A stretch of DNA of 64,000 nucleotides, from positions 376,154,001 through 376,218,000 of the forward strand of contig OZ024740.1 of NCBI GenBank assembly GCA_964016885.1, read 5' to 3'. The stretch's first letter is position 1, and the number at the start of each line of letters is the position of its first letter. Below the pieces are notes generated by a model. That model ran no database searches, was not told where the DNA came from, and was given only the letters and a program-made list of their open reading frames with translations. The stretch is from Eledone cirrhosa (lineage: Eukaryota). Below are positions 53,239 to 64,000 of the stretch, one piece after another. The position numbers and the translations under genes were made by a program.

Positions 53239-53270
<32 letters not shown>

Positions 53271-53612
53271 GTAAATAAATAAATAAATGAAATTAAATAA
53301 ATAAATAAATAAAATAAAATAAAATGAAATGAAATAAAATAAAATAAAATAAAGTAAATTGAGATAAGATATGTATTCTTTTAGAATATATCTCTTGAAT
53401 ATATCAGGGGCCCACGAAGGCACTAAGTGTCACAGTTGATGAGTCCCACTTATAGTGCGGATGAAACAATGTTAGCAAGTAAAGATATGCATATGCTATA
53501 GGCGTTCTTTGTTATTTATTATATCACCGCTCTGTCCTCAGACATCGAGCTAACCTTATACTGCCTGCTGGATAAGTGGAGTGTTATACACCCCTGATCC
53601 TCTCCCTAGTAT
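52520..53612. mobile_element. Fold-back PLE end (arms 52520-52605 / 53437-53524) plus 85-nt tail
   Basis: Exact inverted arms with an AT-rich UTR-like spacer. Confidence 0.85.
52565..52610 (-). ncRNA. Type I hammerhead ribozyme
   Basis: TGCT-CTGATGA-GTCC-CACTTATAGTGC-GGAT-GAAAC-AAT-GTT-AGCA. Confidence 0.85.
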
Positions 53613-53813
53613 AATATATATACATATATATATATATTATTGGCAACATGACCCTCCCAAAGTATAACAATATATATATATACACATATATATATACACA
53701 TGCATACATATACACACATCCACATACATACACATACATAAACATACAATAAAATAGATAGATGAATCTCATAGGTACATAACCCACGTACATATATACA
53801 CACATATACACAC

Positions 53814-53846
<33 letters not shown>

Positions 53847-54185
53847 TGTATATATATACACACATACATGCATATATATATATATTTATATATATATACA
53901 CACACACATACCTATACATATTCACAAACACAAACACATACATGAATACATACACGTGCGTGTCTGTGTGTATATAAATATATAGGTAGACAAACTATAA
54001 CTACACATACGCTCGCGGGTGGGAGTATAAAAAGGGAAAGGTGTACCAAAATATGAAAAAATGAAAAGATGATATACTCCAGAAGACTTGTCGAGTGCTT
54101 CGAAATAGTTATAAATGTATATATTTTTGTTGAATAACCAACAAATTAAATATCCCTTTGCTTATATATACACACACACATATAC

Positions 54186-54276
<91 letters not shown>

Positions 54277-54297
54277 GTATAATAAACAATACTATAT

Positions 54298-54375
54298 AAT
54301 TACCTCATTACCAGAGGTTTCCCGAATAAGACGAATACAAGAAACTTCCTCATTCGTTCGTCGGACAAGGCAATT
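54298..54375 (-). ncRNA. Hammerhead-like motif (U4C variant)
   Basis: AATTGCCTTGT-CCGACGA-aCGAATGAGG..TCTTATTCGg-GAAAC-CTCTG-GTA-ATGAGGTAATT. 11-bp stem I with G.U pairs. Confidence 0.65.
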
Positions 54376-55015
54376 TACAACAGTAAATTATTTGAAAAAT
54401 CTCCTCAAGAAAGGCAAAAGTTTAACGGGAAAAAAATATATATATATAAATAAAAGTAATGCAAGAGATATATAAAAATAAAATAAGGAAATATAGTTAG
54501 GGTATGTGTATAAATGTGTGTATATTCACTCCCAAATCTACATATGTGTGTATGTACAAATGCATGTGTATAGTGAAAGTATGTGTGCGTAAGTACATAT
54601 GTGAGGGCAAATATATCAGTGTATGTGTGACCACAAATACGTATATAATATATTTGAATATGAAATTCTTAGATAATATAGTTAAAGTAGATCCAGACTC
54701 AGGTATTAAGGATTGAAATATATACACATACAAGTATGAAAGCACGCGTATAAACACACACTCACGCGCGACCACATGCATGCGAGTGATATATACAGGG
54801 AAGGGTCTGTATCAGTCAAAGCAGTGTCAGTGTGAGGGTCGATACATATATAAAAATGAAAAAATATATGAGAATAAAAAATGAAAAAATTTAAAAATTT
54901 TAAAATTTAAAAATTAAAAATTAAAAATATTAAATGATAGAGAAAGTAAGAGGGAGAGGTTATCAATTATATAGTAACACTAGAAAAAATAGAAAACAAA
55001 CATAGGTTCGTACGT

Positions 55016-55052
<37 letters not shown>

Positions 55053-55180
55053 AAGTTATATTTAAAATTGTTGGGTTACAACTAGTAAATATTTATAACT
55101 GATATAAAAGCACTCGACAAATACTTGGAGTATATTTACAATATTAAATAAATGGAAAACTATATTTATAAAACCATATT

Positions 55181-55246
55181 TATTTCATTATATATATTTC
55201 GGGGATATCATATTAACAATATGCTATGCCTTCATCAGACAAAATA
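55181..55246 (-). ncRNA. Type I hammerhead ribozyme
   Basis: Reverse complement of 58695-58760. Confidence 0.85.
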
Positions 55247-55612
55247 CAATATAAACAGTTTTATAGATAAATATATTCGACATACCGTAATAAACATCAA
55301 CTTCATTTGAAGAGGTTCACTCTAGCAGTGAAAATACAGAGAGAAAGAAAGAGAGAGAGAAAAGAGGGAAATAAGAAAGAAAGAAAGACGAAACGAAGAA
55401 AAGGAAGAAAAAGAAGAAAAAAAAGAAGAAATGCATGGGACAAAATAGAGAGATGGAAAAATAGATAAAGCGAAGAGCTTCATGTAAAGAGACCGAAAGA
55501 GATATATATATATATATAGAGAGAGGAAATAGAGATAGATACATATATAAATATAGATATAGAAAAATTAGGTAGTGGGAGGTCATTTTGAGTAAGTGTA
55601 TCAATGATGCAT

Positions 55613-55647
<35 letters not shown>

Positions 55648-56770
55648 GCTCAAGTATTAATGTAAGGGAGATATAGAGAGATATAGAGAGATATAGAGAG
55701 AGAAAAATTTAAAAATAGCCAGACATATTCGAGGCGTAGAAAACCTTATGTTTTAATGTATTAGTATTTATAAAACTTACACTATATTGTAAATATCAGT
55801 ATTCCTGAATGAAACAAGTATTCACAATGCGTGAAAATTCATTATCTTATGTTTAGTTTTTTAAAAAATTCATATGTCTATGTGAATCCAACTGATTCAC
55901 TCCGCAAATTCAAAGTTACCGGAAAACATTCTCAATGTGGTATAAACATTTGAGCGTATTATTATTCTTGCGATTACTCTACAAGATTATCTATCAAGCA
56001 GAAATAGAGAGCAGATTTCAATATACTAATCGAAAATATATATTATATTATAAGCAGAGATAACAATAATAATGATAATAAGTAAAAATATATAAAAATA
56101 TAAAAATATAGAATAGAAAACTAAAAAAGAATATTACGAAAGAATATTACATAATAAAAAAATATTGCATATTAAAAATACTATGTTTTAAAATTATTAC
56201 GTATTAAAACTTTACATATAAAAATATTAAAAATAAAAATAAAAATAAAATAAAATAAAAATAAAATAAAAAAATAAAAAAAATAAAAAATAAAAAATAA
56301 AAATATAAAAATATTATAGAATACTACAATACTAAAAGAATAAAAATAAAAATAAAAATAAAAATAAAAATAAAAATAAAAATAAAAATAAAAAATAAAC
56401 CACAAAGAACAACCCTTCAAGGTTAATTGACAATATATTGCCAAGTTCACTACAAGACAAAGCCAAAAATTATCTATCAAATCACATCTAGCAAGGAATA
56501 TCGCAAAAAAAAAGGTTATGATGTCCAATAATGTCTACATATGTTCCTATATTTAATATATAAGTTTATCAAGTGTAAGGTTAATTCATAAAATTTGGAG
56601 CATCGGCTTTTAGGGTAGCTTAATTTTTCATGAGGAATGTTTAGATAAAAATAAAAATAAAAATAAAAATAAATACAATAAAATAAACAGTAAAAAGAGG
56701 GAATCAAAGATTTAGGAATCAAAAGATTTATCGGCTAGTTCTCATATAAATATAAATCAAACTAAATATA

Positions 56771-58009
56771 CTACATTTTAAATTTAAATTTATATTTAAA
56801 CGTTGAGTTTAATCTATGTTTGCAACAACTGAATAAATTTGTCCGTAGGTTAAGGGAATTTTTAGATTTTAGTATAAAGAATATCTCCTCTGCGCAGAGG
56901 TCACATGTCTCAGAGGATGAATTAAAAGGGATCCCTCTTGAGACTATATTCCAAGCCGTCGAATATCTAACGTTATCTAGCTTAAGTTGCCAGAGTACAC
57001 CTGATAGTGCCGTTGAAGATTTTTTATTTGGATCTGTGAAAGAATTCTTGTGGTTATTATAGCGAAGTTTAAATTCCGTCGATGTGGAACCGACGTAGTT
57101 AAAAGAATTAGAGTCAGTATTAACATTACAATTGTATACTATATTTTTAACTAAGCAGTTGTTATTTAACGGACATTTAGATCTATCTCTACAGTTGCAT
57201 TTGTTAACTTGTATATTATTTATGCTATTATCAGTAGTTTTTAAGTTCCTATTATTTATTCTATTAATATTTTGTGCTAAATTTTTGGTGGATGAATAGG
57301 TTAATTTAATTGTATGCCTATTGAAGATTGAGTGGTACCTATGTGTTCTAGGGAAGCGATTATCAAGAGCTTTGAAAAATAATTTAGCGATGTGGGTTTT
57401 AATGTTTAGTGAGAAAGGGGGGGCAAACCAAATTATGTTCCTAGTTCTATTTCTTTTTTGTCCTTTGGAATTATTGTAATGCTTTCTATTATAGTTGTTA
57501 ATGTTGTTGCCATAATTAAAAAAGTTGTTACTTTGTTTAGTTTGTTTATCATTATCTATGTACACAATCTTATCAGCATACCCTGCCCTAGCTAGTGCAT
57601 CATTATAGTATTGGGCCTTTTCGTCAAAAATCTTTCTATTCGACGAGATCCTAGAGATACGCTTTTGGACTGAGTTTACTATAGTGTTTTTGACAGATCT
57701 GGGGTGGTTAGAGTTAAAGTTGACATAGTTTAAGTTTTCATTCAACTTGTGAAAAGGATAGTGGAGACATGTGTTGAGATTTAATGTTATATCTAGGAAA
57801 TTGACTATTCTATGGTTGTTCTCAATTTCTATTTTAAGGTTAAAGTAATTAAAAAATTTTGTAATTTGTTTACATTTTCTATTTAGTTCAGGGTTATTAT
57901 TATTAATGAGTAAAAGCATGTCATCCCTATATAAACCTCCGGTAGTACCAGGTATTTTCCTATGTAGCGAATTGATTAAAAATAAGCCCACAAGGTCAGT
58001 TACTTGAGC
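56771..58009 (-). CDS. PLE RT (C-half) + CxC linker + GIY-YIG endonuclease, open but 5'-truncated
   Basis: AQVTDLVGLF..GGLYRDD..VNFLDITLNL..SNHP..WFAPPF..CNCRDRSKCPLNNNCL..IVY..YVGST..FKLRYNNH..CDLCAEE..CCKH. Confidence 0.92.
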   Translation of the reverse strand, partial: AQVTDLVGLFLINSLHRKIPGTTGGLYRDDMLLLINNNNPELNRKCKQITKFFNYFNLKIEIENNHRIVNFLDITLNLNTCLHYPFHKLNENLNYVNFNSNHPRSVKNTIVNSVQKRISRISSNRKIFDEKAQYYNDALARAGYADKIVYIDNDKQTKQSNNFFNYGNNINNYNRKHYNNSKGQKRNRTRNIIWFAPPFSLNIKTHIAKLFFKALDNRFPRTHRYHSIFNRHTIKLTYSSTKNLAQNINRINNRNLKTTDNSINNIQVNKCNCRDRSKCPLNNNCLVKNIVYNCNVNTDSNSFNYVGSTSTEFKLRYNNHKNSFTDPNKKSSTALSGVLWQLKLDNVRYSTAWNIVSRGIPFNSSSETCDLCAEEIFFILKSKNSLNLRTNLFSCCKHRLNSTFKYKFKFKM

Positions 58010-58296
58010 TGAGAATGTTTTCCGGTAACTTTGAATTTGCGGAGTGAATCAGTTGGATTCACATAGACATATGAATTTTTAAAAAAACTAAACATAAGAT
58101 AATGAATTTTCACGCATTGTGAATACTTGTTTCATTCAGGAATACTGATATTTACAATATAGTGTAAGTTTTATAAATACTAATACATTAAAACATAGGG
58201 TTTTCTACGCCTCGAATATGTCTGGCTATTTTTAAATTTTTCTCTCTCTATATCTCTCTATATCTCTCTATATCTCCCTTACATTAATACTTGAGC

Positions 58297-58331
<35 letters not shown>

Positions 58332-58694
58332 ATGCATCATTGATACACTTACTCAAAATGACCTCCCACTACCTAATTTTTCTATATCTATATTTATATA
58401 TGTATCTATCTCTATTTCCTCTCTCTATATATATATATATATCTCTTTCGGTCTCTTTACATGAAGCTCTTCGCTTTATCTATTTTTCCATCTCTCTATT
58501 TTGTCCCATGCATTTCTTCTTTTTCTTCTTTTTCTTCCTTTTCTTCGTTTCGTCTTTCTTTCTTTCTTATTTCCCTCTTTTCTCTCTCTCTTTCTTTCTC
58601 TCTGTATTTTCACTGCTAGAGTGAACCTCTTCAAATGAAGTTGATGTTTATTACGGTATGTCGAATATATTTATCTATAAAACTGTTTATATTG

Positions 58695-58760
58695 TATTTT
58701 GTCTGATGAAGGCATAGCATATTGTTAATATGATATCCCCGAAATATATATAATGAAATA
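58695..58760 (+). ncRNA. Type I hammerhead ribozyme
   Basis: TATTTTGT-CTGATGA-(31-nt hairpin)-GAAAT-ATAT-ATA-ATGAAATA. Confidence 0.85.
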
Positions 58761-58798
58761 AATATGGTTTTATAAATATAGTTTTCCATTTATTTAAT

Positions 58799-58844
<46 letters not shown>

Positions 58845-58850
<6 letters not shown>

Positions 58851-60436
58851 TAAACGTTTGTATTTGTAAAGACAAGACAATGCAGGTATGGACATAGAAT
58901 AAAGAATGCAAATGCAAAAGATATTGTTGACAATTAGTCTTTTATCTTAGATTTATTTAAATGTCCTTAATTTTCGAGATAATATCTCTTCTTCGGAAGG
59001 AAGTAAAGCGGTTAAACCAGTGTTCTAAATAGCTTGCCAAGTCATGCTGACAGGAAATGGTATGGGTTATCTGTTCTATCTCTAATGTCAAAGTATTAAG
59101 GTTAGGTGGATAAAGAGTAGTCTCCCTTTAAAAGGGTTTTTTATACATGCCTGTTTAAGTGTGTGGGAGAATGCGTGAAGGTGGAAGTATGTGTGTGTGT
59201 GTGTTTGTGAGTGTGAGGAGATATGTCTATACGTAAATGTGGGCGATACATGTTCTCTCGTGTTAGAACTGGTATTTGTGTGTGTATGTGTGTGTTTGAG
59301 AGAGAATAAGTGGAGGCTTACACATCCACTTAAATATATATATATATATATAGAGAGAGAGAAAAAGATGAGGGAGATATGAAGTATATATTGGTAGAAA
59401 GTATGTGTTCATAAGGTGATCATATTGGTAGTCAGTGAAAGGCGTGATAAGTAAAGAAGAAGCTCATGGTGGTTGAGTAATCGTTGGTGTGTTAATCCAG
59501 TTAAAACGTAGATGCGATTTCAGGTGCGGACAACATCTAAAGATCTCGGTCTTAGAGTTGAGACAAGTGGGAGGGGTTTTCGAGTTTTGGAGAATTCTGA
59601 ATTTTTCCGTAGTACACAAAGAAAATTTCTTTGTGCCCCTTTGGTATTCTCTTGAATGGTCTAAAATAGACGAATCAATAGTGTACCGAATGTTTTTGTC
59701 TTTAAACTCTCACATTTTCTTTGCCAGTGTCGTTGCTGTTCTTTTATCAGGGTGTTTGAAAGAAGCGACATGCTCATAGTGCCTGGTTTTCATCTGTCCT
59801 GAGTCATGCCAATATATCGTTCACTCCTGGCTGGCTGGTTATTAATTATCGGTGTCAATTTGGCCTCATACACAATAGATTTGGTATTACATTTACCCTG
59901 TAATGGGCATTCTTCCGGCTTCCTGCAACTGCATCCTGGATTATACTCTAGTACCATTAGAGTTGGTAATTTTTGTTTTCATTGATGGGCAGCAAGAGTA
60001 GCTGATTGTAACAACATTTCTATTGAATATCTTATTATATCGATGATTAGGGGGGAAATGTTTGTCTAGAAGGTCGAGGAACTTTTTTCTTACGTTCGTT
60101 TTAACAGTTATAGAGAAGCGGTGTAAACCAAATAATTTTTCTTTTCCTGTTATTGTGTTTGGTGTTAGATAAAGGAGTAGGTAAATATTTAATTTGTTAG
60201 AGAAAGCCGCTGTTATTATAATAAAGGGCAACTTTGTTAAAAATGTCTATAGACGAAGATAAGGTATAATTCCTACGGCTAATGTCAGGAATAAAATTTT
60301 TAAAGACTATAGGGTAATGGCAAGACTCTTTGTGTATGTATCTTAAATCTTCAATAGGTTTATGGTAAGGTTTGAAATAGGCGGTAAGTAGATCAAGATT
60401 GATATAAGGAAGTTAGTGTTAGTAAGATTCGTATCT
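58845..60436 (-). mobile_element. Decayed PLE (RT thumb + GIY-YIG, coding about 59490-60435)
   Basis: KPYHKP..YIHKESCH; KTNVRKKFLDLLDKHFPPNHRY; GCSCRKPEECPLQGKC..IVYEA; YIG; CTLCTTEK..CLNSKTEIFRCCPH. Confidence 0.85.
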
Positions 60437-60468
60437 ATATATATATATACATATATATATAGATATAG

Positions 60469-60529
<61 letters not shown>

Positions 60530-60532
<3 letters not shown>

Positions 60533-63500
60533 AAAAGATGAATTCCAACTTTGTCTGATTTACTCGTTTTTTTTACAATCCCTTAAAATTTTTAATGGTA
60601 TTATAATGAAATAGTATGATAGAATATTAAATATTAAGTGTTAATTGAACAAGTACGTTCATGCATTCACAATCTTCAGGTTCATAATGTGTTGTGACAG
60701 TCAAGTTTGCAATTTTCAACTGTAATGAGATGGGTAAATGTTGTACCTTATATACAGTGAAAAGTGGCTCCAGAATGCTAAATCTTGCAAACTGTATTCG
60801 ACCAATCGGTGTGTAGTTTCACTGAATTACTAAAGCTGATTGGTTTAGGCGTCACGGTTGTTTGAGCATGTCTAACGACCACTAATTGATCCTATCCAAA
60901 GCATCAATTGTTTTGCTATTTTTAGAAATGATGAAAATAGCATTTTCTAGTAATCATCACCATCAACATCACTTTCATTATTATTATTATTGTTGTTGTT
61001 GTTGTTAGTGTCGTAGTTGACATGGTCGTAGTCGTAGTCATAGTAGAAATAATACCCCTAAGCATTATTATTGTTCATTTAGCTTGGGTTTGAATTTATC
61101 AATAAAATTTTCTTCTTTGATTTTTCTCTTGATTTCACTTGGACTGTGTAATTTGTAGAATGGGAATATTATAAATATTCCCTGACCACATATTGCTAGA
61201 TGGTTACTTAGGGGTATCTGACGGACATTTGGGTCTCTGATTTGCTGACGGTGTACCCGTGCACGTTCTGATAGTGCATTTCCAGTTTGACCGACATATA
61301 GTTCTTCACAATTCGGGCATTTAATACAGTTAATTAGATTTCTGCTTTTGCAGTTCATATTTGCATTTGGGAATATATTTCCAGTTTTTATTTTCATATA
61401 TTGACCGGCATGTATGGATTGACATATTCTGCATCGACTATCATTGCATTTAGATACAGTGAATGATTGGTCTTTGTTGTTAAGGTCAAAGTTTGCTTTT
61501 GTTAGTAATTGCTTCTAATTTTTCGGCTGTCTTTTACTAAGAGTCAAAGATCGATCTGTGATTAAGCCTTTTAATTCATTACTTTGAGCAATGATCGGTA
61601 GGTTTGCTTTGGCAGTGTTGAAGATATTCTGGTGACATGGGTTGTGTGTCATTATAAATGGTATGACCAGTTCTTGGTTTCTTCTTCCTTGGGTTGTCCT
61701 AAATTCTTGTATAGGTATTTTTATAGCCCGCTCTATGCCATTTTCTATAAGTAGAGATGGGTATTTTTGTTTGAGCAAACATTCTCTTAGTTCTGTTAGG
61801 CGTTTGTACCTGGTATTCGTATCTTCTACAATGGTAAAAATTCTTCTGGCTAGGCAGTATAGTATGTTGCGTTTTGTATGAGGTGGATGGCACGACTTAA
61901 AATTCACATATTGATGGGTGTCTGTGTGTTTATAATATATATCCGTGGTAATGGTGGTGTCGTTTTTGATTATCATTATATCTAGGAATGGTAATTTGGT
62001 CCTACTCATCTCTTTTGTGAATTGGAGAAATGGTGTAGGTTATTCAGGAGGATATTGAACTCATCCAGAGTATCTAGAGATTCTGTCCAGATGATGAAAC
62101 AGTCGTCAAGGTATCTCTTCCAAGATTTTTCAATGTACTTTCTAAAGTCAGTACTATATTTTTCCTCTATTTCTTGGTATAGTTGTTGTTCTAAGTATCC
62201 CATTACAGAGTTCGCGTAAACGGGAGCAAACTTCGTTCCCATCGCTGTGCCTCTAATTTGGATGTAATTCTTTACATTGAAGAAGAAAGTGTTGTTTTCC
62301 AGAATAGGTTTAACTGCGTCTAATATAAATGGCGCTGTGAATCTGATGGGAATCACTTCTCTATGTTTTCCACCCAGTATTTAACCGTCTTTATTCCTAA
62401 ATCATGTGTAATGTTGGTGTAAAGTCTTACCACATCAAAACTGAGTAGAAGTGAATTCGATTCCGTGGTTTTGGGAAGATGGGACAGGAAGTCGATATCA
62501 TCCCGGATGAAATTGGGTATGTGAATACATAGTGGTTTCAAAATAATGTCAACAAAATTGCTTAGACGGTGGATGGGGCATGTTGGACAAGCTATAATAG
62601 GTCTAAGTTTTAAGTCTTTTGGGTGTAGTAATTTAATGTACTCACTGTTTTGTTCTCTTACTGCCAGTTGTATTTCTTTTGACTTATGAACTTTCGGTAG
62701 GCCATACAGGTTGCTGGGTTTTGGCTCAAAATTGGTGATGTAGTCTCTTTCCTTATCAGTAAGTGAGTTGTGGTATTTTGAAGCCAGATTGTTGATCTTC
62801 TTCATGATGTTGTGGTCTATATTTGACGGTATTTCATGATAGAATGTTGTGTCTTTCAGTTGTTCCTCAAACAAATCCTTGTAGTATTCAGCATCCATTA
62901 TAACAACTGCACCCCTTTTATCTGCTTGTTTAATTATTATTGTTTTATCATTTTGTATCCGTTTAAGTGCAGACATTTCTGATTTGTTAATGTTTGGCCT
63001 AACATTAGTATTACGTCTAAGAGGAAATTTAGACAGGATGCCAATGTATTGATCGAGATAGATATGTCTTCCTTTTGGCGGAGTGAAATTTGATTTATTC
63101 TTTACTAGTGATTCATCACTCTCATTACTTTTATCAGCGAAGAATTCTACAAGACGTAATTTTCGACAGAATTCTTGGGTATCCTCCTTCAGTTCTTGGT
63201 GGTTGACTGTTGGAGTCGGTGTGAATTTCAGTCCTTTTGACAGAATTTGCATTTCATCATTGTCAATATCTCTTTTGGATAAATTAATTATTTTAGGATC
63301 TACGTGTACAGTTGTTTTGGGTATGTTTCCTCCTGGAGTTTTTCTTTTTCCGGTTTTTGTCCTGACGTTAAAAAATGGATTTTTCTCTGTTCAGGATTTA
63401 TATTCCTGTTGGTGTTCGCGTGATGAACTTTTGGTCGTGATATTATATTTGGTTTCGTTATGTATTTAGTCCTATTTTTGGTATTATGTATATTATTTTT

Positions 63501-63887
63501 CCATTTCTTGTTAGCATTATTTTCCACAATCTGGGGAAATGTCCTAGGTTTGCTTTCAGGTTTAGATCGTTTTTTCGCCCATTTTCTTGTGGGTAATCTC
63601 TGTTGAGATCTTGAGAGTGATCTGGTTATTCTACGTTTTGTTTCCACGTTCCTTGTGGGTAGTATCTTGAGAATGATCTACTGGTTTTACTACTTCTTAT
63701 GGTCTGGTCATAGGAATATCTATCGTGTTTGTGCTTTTTGTTCATGTTGTCTGCAATAGGGTGTTTTTGTAGAAAAAGCGAAGAGTTATTACCGTAGTTC
63801 TTCTTTGATTCAAGGTAAGGTGAGTGTTTGTGTTGCCACGTGTTCTGGCGTATGTTGTGTTGGTGAGAATGTCCACTTTTAATGCTT
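60530..63887 (-). mobile_element. Near full-length, frameshifted Neptune-like PLE (coding about 61071-63300 plus N-terminal remnant)
   Basis: ILSKGLKFTPTP; IIKQADKRGAVV; YGLPKVHK; LRPIIA; SFDVVRLYTNI; QIRGTAMGTKFAP; RYLDDCF; PFLDI; YKHTDTHQY; CPNCEELYVGQTG. Decayed HHR at 60646-60684 (TGAAC-CTGAAGA..GAAcGTACTT-GTTCA). Confidence 0.93.
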
Positions 63888-64000
63888 TTTATAATATTCC
63901 CATTCTACAAATTACACAGCCCAAGTGAAATCAAGAGAACAATCAAAGAAAAGAATGTTATTGATAAATTCAAACCCAAGCTAAATGAACAATAATAATT
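63888..64000 (+). mobile_element. Start of the inverted pLTR of the preceding PLE (includes the ORF C-terminus)
   Basis: Reverse complement of about 61065-61175. Runs off the window edge. Confidence 0.9.

Larger units (their letters stand above)
55030..58803 (-). mobile_element. Young 5'-truncated PLE with about 800-bp inverted pLTR (55137-55934 / 58010-58803)
   Basis: Arms are almost identical, the ORF is uninterrupted and each arm has an HHR. (TA)n flanks. Confidence 0.95.

Overview
Very AT-rich, microsatellite-dense animal genomic DNA, most likely octopus/cephalopod (inferred from a characteristic tRNA-derived SINE at 44759-44951 and the repeat landscape). No complete host gene is recognisable, and most ORFs in the supplied track are (TA)n/(CA)n/(TACA)n artefacts. 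The window is dominated by Penelope-like retroelements (PLEs): at least 9 RT and/or GIY-YIG coding fragments of three sequence types, plus many ORF-less fold-back derivatives, nearly all embedded in (TA)n tracts. By eye I find more than 20 type-I hammerhead ribozyme (HHR) motifs from more than 12 unrelated families, including U3-A8 covaried, U4C and long-stem-II variants. The most striking unexplained signal is a covarying bulged hairpin, (A/G)CTC-stem-loop-stem-TY-GAG(T/C). It lies about 45-70 nt downstream of the HHR in many unrelated families, and the inverted copies of the elements start only about 2-6 nt 5' of it, suggesting an RT-binding or priming signal. Also present: a decayed RTE LINE with a PHD-like finger, RTE 5' and 3' fragments, hATm-like transposon pieces, two head-to-head Helitron-like elements and a few unassigned exon candidates. 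All structures were folded by eye; none were computed.
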